From: Octopus sinensis
Lineage: Eukaryota
NCBI RefSeq assembly: GCF_006345805.1
Contig: NC_042998.1
Location: 197,656,001-197,720,000, forward strand
Reading direction: 5' to 3'
Length of the DNA stretch: 64,000 nucleotides
Below the pieces are notes generated by a model. It made no database searches, was not told the origin of the DNA, and saw only the letters and a program-made list of their open reading frames with translations. Every line of letters begins with the position of its first letter. The stretch's first letter is position 1. Below, piece after piece: positions 52,893 through 64,000 of this stretch. The position numbers and the translations under genes are program-made.

Positions 52893-53226
52893 AAGGGGCA
52901 TGGCTCAGTGGTTAGAGCGTCGAGCTTACGATTTCGAGGTTGTGAGCTCGAATCCCGGACCGGGCTGCGTGTTGTGTTCTTGAGCAAGACACTTTATTTC
53001 ACGTTGCTCCAGTTCACTCAGCCGTAGAAATGAGTTGCGACGTCACTGGTGCCAAGTTATATCGGCCCCTTTGCCTTTCCCTTGGATAACACTGGTGGCG
53101 TGGAGAGGGGAGGCTGATATGCATGGGTGACTGCTGGTCTTCCATAAACAACCTTGTCCGGACATGTGCCTGGGCGGGTTACTTTCTAGGCGCAATCCTA
53201 TGGTCAGTCATGACCGAAGAGGGGTC
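52893..53226 (+). mobile_element. SINE family B
   Basis: Match to 4378-4710. Confidence 0.85.
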
Positions 53227-53289
53227 TCAGCAACTTATTATTATTATTATTACCATCATCATTACAATTATCATCGTTACTATAATAGT

Positions 53290-53700
53290 CCATTTAGAAC
53301 GGATCTGAATTTATCAATAAAATTCTTTTCTCTGATATTTCTCTCAATTTCACCTGAGTTGTATAGTTTGTAGAATGGGAATATCAGAAACCTTTTCTGA
53401 CTACATGTTGCCAGATGATTGCTTAAAGGTTTCTAACGGACATCAGGTTCTCTAATTTGCTGTCGGTGCACACGTGAACGTTTCGATAATTCATTCTCAG
53501 TCTGACAAACGTATATCCCTTCACAATTCGGGCATTTGATGGAGTTAATTAAATTTCTGCTTTTGCAGTTCATATTTGCATTTGTAGATTTTCTTCCGAT
53601 TTTCGCATTCAAATATTGATCAGTATGTATGAACTGACACGTAGCATATCGATTATCATTTAGATACAATGAATGATTGGTCATTGTTAGGAGTGGCTGG
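53290..53700 (-). mobile_element. Penelope-like GIY-YIG fragment
   Basis: MNCKSRNLINSIKCPNCEGIYVCQTENELSKRSRVHRQQI resembles C.S.N.IY.I.C..C...YIG.T...L..R...H. Confidence 0.8.
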
Positions 53701-53957
53701 GTGGTATATATTTTGCTTACTGCTTACGCAAGCACTTTTGTTAGCTGAAGCGAACAAGAGAAGACTTGAAGCTGTTTAACTCCGCCTTTGAAGGAAAAGA
53801 TCGCCGTCAAGGTAAGCGGTCTTGTTTTTTCTGAGCTGGGTAGAATTATTGTGTCTTTTTTTTTACAGAATATTCTACCCAGCTCTGGTGCATTTTTGTT
53901 TAATCTTGGGCGGTGAATTTGTTGCTTGTTTAGCTCTCAAATTTAAAATCTTGAATT

Positions 53958-54040
53958 ACTGTACTGAAGAGGAGAATGATAGAGTGGAAATATGATTTTA
54001 CATTTTTCACATCTTTTTAACTCCGAAACGCGTATACAGT
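53958..54040 (+). ncRNA. Type I hammerhead ribozyme, intact core, in Penelope-LTR-like sequence
   Basis: actgta-CTGAAGA-ggag...ctcc-GAAAC-gc-GTA-tacagt; the downstream tail (54140-54205) is related to 57835-57895. Confidence 0.8.
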
Positions 54041-54249
54041 TAATCAAAGCCGGGTGGATTCGTTATTTTTTTCTCTTTACCTGCATGAGTAGTTGACTAT
54101 TGCTATCTGGGTGATTTATTTTTTATAGTAGTGAAATAGTTAGTTTTAACTGCTATTTCTAAATTTCGGTATGTGGTGAAGCAAATTTTTGCTGAACCCT
54201 AATTATAATTATACTCATAATTATAGAATTATATATATATATAGGCTTT

Positions 54250-54641
54250 GGAGTGGCTGTGTGGTAAGTAGCCTGCTTACCAACCACACGGTTCCTGGAT
54301 CAGTCCCACTGCGTGGCACTTTGGGCAAGTGTCTTCTACTATAGCCTCGGGCAGACCAAAGCCTTGTGAGTGGATTTGGTAGACGGAAACTGAAAGAAGC
54401 CTGTCGTATATATGTATATGTATATATATATGTGTGTGTGTGTTTATGTGTCTGTGTTTGTTCCCCCAACATCACTTGACAACCGATGCTGCTATGTTTA
54501 CGTCCCCGTTACTTAGCGGTTCAGCAAAAGAGACCGATAGAATAAGTACTAGGCTTACAAAAAATAAGACCTGGGGTCGATTTGCTCGACTAAAAGGCGG
54601 TGCTCCAGCATGGCCGTAGTCAAATGACCGAAACAAGTAAA
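54250..54641 (+). mobile_element. SINE family D
   Basis: Full-length match. Confidence 0.85.
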
Positions 54642-55097
54642 AAAAAAAAAAATATATATATATATATGTGTGTGTGTATTTTGTGTGTGTAAGTATGTTT
54701 CAGTATGATTCTGTATATATATATGAGCATAAACATATAAGATATGGGTGAGAAAGTATGTGTGTATGTGTGAGAGTGGGGGAGAGAGGGGAATAAAGAT
54801 CGATGGAGAAAGAACACAGTTTAGTGTGACAAACTGATAGATTTTCTGTACCTCACATTAACATTCTTACTCAACTCCTACTCCATTACAATTTTCCACC
54901 TCTCATCTTGATTTACTCCTGTTTTAATTACAAACGAATGTGGAACCGGTATTCTTTTGTTCTTGCATGATACTGGGCTGCGTTTGCATCTCTTTGCGAA
55001 ATTTGGTTAAGACTCATTGAGAAATGGTAACGTTGTTTCACGGCATATTGATACTTATAGATACGGACAAATACTATTTGCCCTTCTTATCCAAAGT

Positions 55098-55807
<710 letters not shown>

Positions 55808-56696
55808 TAATCGCTACGATTTAGTGTAAGTAATTTTAGCGAATTAAGAATTCATCTTGTATGGCAATTATTACACTTTCCTTCGTCTTTACTCCCCAAA
55901 TTCATGCTACCGGCCACTTCGAGATTTTCCTTATAAATACCTTGTAACATAAATATTTTCTTCTGTTTTTGTACTTGTTTAAATCTTATGTTTGACTGGA
56001 GTCAACGCAATGCAACTTCTGTACGGACGGCACTAATCTAGACGGAAACACGTGTCAAATGCTATCCTTTTACTCCGAAAATCAAAACAAAACAAAACAA
56101 AAAAACTGGACTATCTTTCTATCTTTTCCTTTATCGTATGCAAAATTACGAAACATTCTTTATTCATAAGATGCCCCCCTCATTCGAAGTCGGTTGCAAC
56201 AGCCACTAGGCTTTTCGCGAATCGAAGGTAATAATATTAAATCAAGAATTTGTATTGAATGGCATTTTGTATATCTTCATACTGCTTTGTTGGCAAAATT
56301 CATGCCGCTTACCGTTTTGGGTTATTTCTTTTGGTTCATTTTCATTTTATCCATTCGTGCGCCCGCTCTTACACACCCACACATCCACACTCCTCCCACT
56401 TATTCGTATAAAACTCAGGATAAATTAGAATCTGAAACATCTATGAATGTAGATGTATCTTCATTCATTTATTTGAAAGTCTTTAGATATGAAGATTGCA
56501 GACGATGTGAAAACGCCTAAATGCTCTCTTAAGCCAACTATAGGGCATTTTTACAATTGTTATCTCAACAGTTACAGGCTTTCAAATATATGACTGTAGA
56601 TTTATCTACATTATAAATATTTCATTTACACACACACACACACAACTTAAATATGAAATAAAAACATGGTACGCAAGTTAAGTACACTTTACTTAC

Positions 56697-56815
56697 CTTA
56701 AAATGGTGAACCATCCTACAATCTGATTTATCTGAGGTAAGTAAATGCTGTGAGCTAGCAAGGGTTTGGCTCCCGTGAAGCTTGTTTGTGCTAAGGCAAA
56801 GGCATTTCCAAGAAT
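56697..56815 (-). CDS. Host gene exon C (119 nt, phase 0->2)
   Basis: Acceptor ttctttttttctag, donor AAG|gtaagt. Encodes ILGNAFALAQTSFTGAKPLLAHSIYLPQINQIVGWFTIL(S), with a degenerate SCR1 (G-x-W position reads G-N-A). Confidence 0.8.
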
Positions 56816-56862
56816 CTAGAAAAAAAGAATCTTGATGTAACAGCAGTTTTGTTTGTCTACTC

Positions 56863-57085
56863 TCTATGTAATCTCAAGGTTTAAAACAAACATAATTTTC
56901 GGTTTAAAAAAAAAAAAAAAAAAATTTTTTTTTTTAGACATTCATTAGTACAACATCCCCACTCCCCAAATATATGGCACACTAGGCATAACAACAACAT
57001 GAACTTCCAACCCTGTTGTCTCTTGAGGTCTCTGGGTGAGACTTGGAGCCAACTTGTACAAATATAAAGCAAAAGTCAAACATAA
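56863..57085 (+). mobile_element. Dong/R4 3'UTR followed by (TAA)n
   Basis: Match to 1048-1272. Confidence 0.8.
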
Positions 57086-57159
<74 letters not shown>

Positions 57160-57432
57160 TAATAGGGCTGCGCAACACATGGAAGATAAAGATTTTAGAC
57201 AACAAACAATGCCCCAATGTTTTTACTCGACCTGTTAGAAATATCAATGGAATTTTCTTTAAGATTCTGTTATCATGAAACAAGGACACATTACATAATA
57301 TAGTTCAACGTACGCTGTATCTGAATAAAAGATACAATGGTCACAGCTGGAACATCTTTGATCATAGACCGGCTGGAAAAGAGCTGGCCTGGGGTTGAAT
57401 AATGAACACAAAAAAAACGACAATGACGACGG

Positions 57433-57657
57433 CACCACCACCACCACCACCACCGCCGCCGCCACCACCACAACCACCACCACCACAACCACCTACCACC
57501 TACCACCACCACTATCACCACCACCACCACCACCACCACCACCACCACCACAACCATCACCACTACCACCACCACCACAACTACCAGCACTACCACAACC
57601 ACCACCATTATCATCGACAACAACAACATCAACTACTACTACTACTACTACTACTAC
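57433..57657. repeat. (CAC)n/(CAA)n/(TAC)n compound microsatellite
   Basis: Seen directly. Confidence 0.95.
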
Positions 57658-58019
57658 TTGGTCTGTTACAAAATATTTGGATATAGAGATCTCTATATCC
57701 AACTAATCCAGAAACGGCGTTCTCAAGTAATCTTATGTACGTGTGATCTTTCGTTATTTTTCCCTTCCCTCTATACCTACGTGAATTATTTTTGAGTATA
57801 CATTGTCTGGGAGACTTTTCTTAGGTAAGATTTTTTGGCTGCTATTTCTAGAAGTTCGGTGTGTGGTAAAGTAAATTATTTTACTGAACCCTATTATATA
57901 ACGTAATGTTTTAAATATACCGTAAATGGTCTTTTTACATACGGAACACTACTTGGTAAAATTAATTAATAATTAATTAGTTTTACCCTTTTATTATTGA
58001 CTATATACATATATATATA

Positions 58020-59052
<1,033 letters not shown>

Positions 59053-59070
59053 TAATATATATTATATATA

Positions 59071-59120
<50 letters not shown>

Positions 59121-59980
59121 ATATATATAAAGAAAATAGAGAGTGTGAACACAGAAAAATCAATTTATTTATATAACAGTCAATTTCATGTCACCTATGC
59201 ATGTTTCAAATGCTTACCTTTGTTCATATTTTACAATTAAATTTGCATTATGAATTTAAAAGGTAAAAATCTCTTCAGGGAAAAATTGACATATATTCAT
59301 TTACATCCTAATGGATGGATGTAGCGTTATTTACATACTGAATAGCAGCATGTCTGTGTGTGTGTGTGTGTGTGTATGTGTGTGTGTGCGCGCGTGCGTA
59401 CGTGCATGCGTGGGAGCATGTGTGTCTTTGGATTCCGTTCTAAAAATAGCTAGAGGTTAAACTACGACCACAGTAGGCAATGGTTAGTTGCAATCTTGAA
59501 TAACTAGGTCATACTACTATCCATCCTTAATGGAATTTAGATAGTTTTCTTTTAGAGGTTGGCTACCACTTCTTTCCAGGCTGGCTACTCACTTGCCAAA
59601 AGAATAAAAAATAAAAAATGTACATTAGGAAGTATCCAAATCTATATATACATATATTTACTTATTTATTTAATTTCTACTTATTTAATTGTGAGAATTT
59701 CAATTTTTCTTACAAATTTTTATTTATTTAGATGTATTAGTCTTATTTTTGATAGCTTGAGTTATTATATATATATTTAGTTTAATTAATTTTTATATTT
59801 TTTAATGAGGATATGATTCACTATGTATCACATGTGTGGAGTTAGATTATTTTCAAATGGTGAGAGTAAATTTCACTTTATGATCTGTTTCTATGTTTAT
59901 TTTAATTTAATCATTCACGGAGTGTTCATTTAAGTATAATTTATTATTTAAAATTATATATATAAATATATATATATATG

Positions 59981-60297
59981 AATTTTTTGCGCAATGAGAT
60001 AAAAAAACCAAGGCTGTATAGATATTAGAGCATTTATAGATAAAAGATCTTACAGCTGTTTCTAGAATATCAATTAATAATATCCCTTCATCGGAGACGG
60101 TATGAGAGGAAAAGTTAAGTCATAGTTAGTTTCGATAGTCACTTAACTATGACTTAACTTTTCCTGTCACACCGTTTCCGATGAAGGGATATTATTATTA
60201 ATTGACACCCTAGAAACAGCTGTAAGATTTTCTATCTATAAATGCTCTAATATCTATATAGCCTTGGTTTTTTTTATCTCATTACGCAAAAAAAATT
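59981..60297. mobile_element. Penelope-type foldback: ~150-bp arms, ~15-nt loop, hammerhead-like core
   Basis: CCGATGA-aggg...ccct-a-GAAAC-agct-GTA-aga in the right arm, mirrored in the left arm. Confidence 0.8.
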
Positions 60298-60435
60298 ATA
60301 TATACACACGCTGACATAGAACCAACGTTGAACCTTTATTCGCAATATTACCGAATCTGGAACTTAACTACGGTCTGTCTATAGCACTTATTCAGCATTA
60401 CCTGACACCTTTGGGTCTCAATGACACCATTATCT

Positions 60436-60494
<59 letters not shown>

Positions 60495-60496
<2 letters not shown>

Positions 60497-60690
60497 CGAA
60501 AGAATGTTGAAAAGTCGGCAGAGAAAGGAGCATGTGGGGAGCGATATCTTCTTAGCCAGCAAATCCTGTATCTTCTTGCTGTTTTCATTGAACCAGGCTT
60601 TAGGTCTGCAACATCATTGTGGTTAGATGTTCCCAAAGCACTTCTGCGGGAACTTAGGATATTCGAGCTTTCGCTGGAGCTTATCCGACT
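60495..60690 (-). mobile_element. Degraded RTE-like LINE fragment
   Basis: AWFNENSKKIQDLLAKK resembles RTE/BovB DWFDEND.EIQ.LL.KK. Confidence 0.5.
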
Positions 60691-60699
60691 TCATTTAAT

Positions 60700-61015
60700 A
60701 ACATTACGACACAACTCTATACAGCATGCAATAACTCTACAAGGCACACAGTGGTACTACAAATATATTACCATATTAAACGACAAGACAATACTACAAG
60801 GCCAACAACAATACTGCAGGACGCTCAATAGCAAAATAACACACCCAATATTACGAGTCGTACACCAATACTACTTAACGTTCATCAATACCATACGGCA
60901 CACAACAATACTATAATATATACTACAATACTAAAAGTCACACAGCGATAGTACGAGGCATACAACAACATTACAAGGTATAAAAAAAAACCTTAAGGTA
61001 CACATTGACTCTACA
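60700..61015. repeat. Degenerate ~20-bp minisatellite (caatactacaaggcacacaa-like)
   Basis: Recurring caatactac / acaaggc units. Confidence 0.65.
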
Positions 61016-61321
61016 AGACAGACAGACAAATTTGTAAAGGAATCAGTAGCTATATCCTGGTATCAATACCATAAGTGGCATTTCGATATATTTGTGTTGT
61101 AATTAGCACTTTCACTCTCAAGATAAAGAGGGGTTCTTTTCCAAATGTTTTCAGTATTAGGTAAGTGGATAAAGTGCTTACCTATCAACCCACATATGTT
61201 TTGAGTTCATATCTATTGAAATTATTTCAGGACACATTATTGTAGTTTTTTTAAACCTTAATTTCGTTTGGACAGAGGCAGTCTATGATATAAAAATTCT
61301 TCTGATTTCTTCTATGAACTA

Positions 61322-61719
61322 CTAGCAGTATCGCTCGGCGTTGCTCGGGTTTGTAAAGGAAATAACTATATAAGCATTTTTAGAGAGTTATAGCCAAAAA
61401 ATAGCAAAAAAATGCATTAAAAATGGAAAACAAATTATGGTAAATTTTTTTTAAAAATCGTTGACTCATCGTAGACATTTTTAGAGAGTTACTTCCCTTA
61501 TATAATAGCGAAAAAATGCATTAAAATGGAAAAAAATGATGGTAATTTTTCTTAAAATCGTAGACTCATCGTAGACGCGCGCTAATACCCAGAAGGGCTC
61601 GATATGAATCACGACTGTAAGATACCCGGTTTTGGTTAAACTGCACCGCAAAATGTGGGAGTAGTTAGGAATCTAAATCATAGGAGACAGACACACAACC
61701 TCTCTTTTATATATAAGGA
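61322..61719 (-). mobile_element. Non-autonomous Helitron (same family as 18287-18682)
   Basis: Reverse-complement match, TC...CTAG ends; lies ~45 bp from the exon B donor. Confidence 0.85.
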
Positions 61720-61764
61720 TTACTTCACATTATAGACCTTAGTGATTTAAAACTTTGTGCTTAC

Positions 61765-61829
61765 ATTGTTCAGGGAGAAGGATGAGGTGACGGGAATGGA
61801 ATCGAACACGGCACTGTCTCCTTCACAGT
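61765..61829 (-). CDS. Host gene exon B (65 nt, phase 1->0): linker/start of next lipocalin-like domain
   Basis: Acceptor tcttctttatttcag, donor gtaagc. Encodes (D)CEGDSAVFDSIPVTSSFSLNN, resembling the lipocalin N-terminal IPV..NFDL.K segment. Phases match exons A and C. Confidence 0.8.
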
Positions 61830-61910
61830 CTGAAATAAAGAAGACAATAGAAATACCAGAAATAAATGATACGATAAAAATGATAATTTTAATATTATTG
61901 TTATGACAAA

Positions 61911-62500
61911 GGCAGCAACCTGGCAGAATCGTTAGCATGCCGGGCGAAATGCTTATCGATATTCCGTCTAACGCTACGTTCTGAGTTCGAATTCCGCCGA
62001 GGTCAACTTTACCTTTCATCCTTTCGGGGTCGATTAAATAAGTACCAGTTACGCACTGGGATCGATGTAATTGACTTAATCCCTTTGTCTGTCCTTGTTT
62101 GTCCCCTCTGTGTTTAGCCCCTTGTGGGCAATAAAGAAACAGATATTCCGTCTAACGCTACGTTCTGAGTTCAAATTCCGCCGAGGTCGACTTTACCTTT
62201 CATCCTTTCGGGGTCGATAAATTAAGTACCAGTTACGCACTGGGGTCGATATAATCGATTTAATCCCTTTGTCTGTCCTTGTTTGTCCCTTCTATGTTTA
62301 GCCCTTGTGTGCAATAAAGAAATAAGAATCGTTAGCATGCCGGACAAAATACTTTGTGGCATTTCGTCCGTCTTTACTTTCTGAATTCTAATTCCGTCGG
62401 GGTCGACTTTGCCTTTCATCCTTTCGGGATCGATAAAATGTTGAGCACTGGAGTCAATGTAATCGACTAATCCCTTTTTCAGAAACTGCTGGCCTTGTTC
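61911..62500 (+). mobile_element. Three head-to-tail SINE family A copies (61911-62140, 62144-62323, 62325-62500)
   Basis: gcctttcatcctttcggggtcga-type core occurs three times. Confidence 0.85.
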
Positions 62501-62686
62501 CAACATTGGAAACGGATTTAGTAATTATGACATGTCTATCTAAAATCTTCTCTCTTTTTACGCAATATTGCGGAACATCTGTGTTGTTTCTCAAATTATT
62601 CAAATAGCAAGGAAAATACAATAAGGGCAAACCATCAGATGACTCACAGTTTTGACTGTTTCTCAGTCACAAGAAGAGAAGTCCAT

Positions 62687-62891
62687 ACTCTTTTACTCTT
62701 TTACTTGTTTCAGTCATTTGACTGCGGCCATGCTGGAGCACTGCCTTTAATCGAGCAACTCGACCCCGGGACTTATTCTTTTTGTAAGCCTAGTACTTAT
62801 TCTATCGGTCTCTTTTTGCCGAACCGCTAAGTTACGGGGACGTAAACACACCGGCACAATGCTAGGGGGACAAACACACACACACACACAT

Positions 62892-62942
<51 letters not shown>

Positions 62943-63104
62943 CGACAGGCTTCTTTCAGTTTCCGCCTACCAAATCCACTCACAAGGCATTGGTCGGCCC
63001 GGGGCTATAGCAGAAGACACTTGCCCAAGGTGCCACGCAGTGGGACTGAACCCGGAACCATGTGGTTGGTTAGCAAGCTACTTACCACACAGCCACTCCT
63101 GCGC
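62687..63104 (-). mobile_element. SINE family D
   Basis: Full-length match. Confidence 0.85.
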
Positions 63105-63844
63105 CATATTGCATTTTTGGGAGAAAAAAATGTTTATTTAAATATAACTCAAAATGAATAAAAAGTGAAGTAGATGGAATGTAGGGATATAAATTATCTT
63201 CAAACAGAATGGTTTTCTATGAGTCAACCAACAAGACAAGGCTAGGGGTATATCTGGATCCCTGACAAGACAGATTTAGTATGAATGTTGGTAATCAAAT
63301 TTGAAGAAGCTAAATTCTATTTCCTTGGGTATCCTTTTACCTCCGGTGATATTATACTTTTTAATGCTCTAGTCACTCAGCTTTTATAATTTCCAGAGGT
63401 TTTGATGACCCATGTGCGTATAATCCGGAAACCCTAAGATGTAAAACTAGAATTTATTCTTCCGGATGTCGTAGTTCTTCGGATATGACATTTGTCTAGC
63501 TATATTACTTATTCTGATCCCTCGAATGCTATTGTTGTTACCCTTAAATCAGCCCTGATCGACCAGACTTGTGATCCCACTCATCCCGTTTTTACTTATG
63601 TATAGGTATGAGTGTGATCACACTTTCCCATGTTTACTTTTTTTTCAATGGTAAATTGTAATTTGAAGAAGCTCTAGTTGATCATTTTGGCGGGTCGAAC
63701 GTCCGCATTGGAGATTCCTCGTTAGCTTGACCTCAGATGCCATAATCTCAGAACGTATCACTAAGAACCAATTCTCATATTCTGACGTTTTTGTTTTCAT
63801 GACTATAATATATTTTCTCCCTTCAATATGAATGAGAAACTTAC

Positions 63845-64000
63845 CTGCGCCCAGGTACGTCATTTCTTCATATCTTCCACTGACTGTATTTATTTCAGTC
63901 AGAATCCGTATTTCATCATCGGGTTCCATTGTGCGCGTCCTTGAAGCTATCTCGAAATAGTAATGGTTTGGACGACATGTAGACTCTGTGGAATTGGTAC
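63845..64000 (-). CDS. Host gene exon A (5'-truncated by window edge): C-terminal part of a lipocalin-like domain
   Basis: Open frame TNSTESTCRPNHYYFEIASRTRTMEPDDEIRILTEINTVSGRYEEMTYLGA ending at CAG|gtaagt (phase 1). The 'STC..NHYYFEIASR' segment parallels 'RSC..NKTEVRLDSR' of exon E and the lipocalin SCR3 SR motif. Confidence 0.8.

Noticed and set aside
57395-57706. Proline/histidine/threonine-rich ORFs
   Set aside because: A (CAC)n microsatellite open in several frames, with no splice support.
63645-63844. 3' part of ORF 63645..63929
   Set aside because: Read-through past a consensus CAG|gtaagt donor into intron; only the part above 63845 resembles lipocalin.

Overview
AT-rich, microsatellite-laden eukaryotic DNA whose SINE, LINE and Penelope repertoire points to an octopus (coleoid cephalopod) genome; this taxonomic call is an inference. 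The whole 64 kb appears to lie inside one minus-strand host gene. I assembled seven phase-consistent GT-AG exons by hand (>64000-63845, 61829-61765, 56815-56697, 49333-49212, 10755-10546, 8401-8357, 7365-7286). They encode a tandem multi-domain lipocalin-like protein: the end of one domain, one complete domain and the start of a third. The introns hold five SINE families, CR1/L2, RTE and Dong/R4 LINE fragments, Tc1/mariner remnants, non-autonomous Helitrons, and many Penelope-like (GIY-YIG) remnants carrying hammerhead-ribozyme motifs, often as foldback inverted repeats between (TA)n tracts. The 38.5-kb intron contains a ~21-kb array (22.5-43.9 kb) of a ~2.2-kb composite unit (hammerhead-bearing modules plus a MITE) repeated in both orientations. 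One copy next to the 100-N gap is probably a false assembly duplication. All coordinates were read by eye, so repeat boundaries are approximate.
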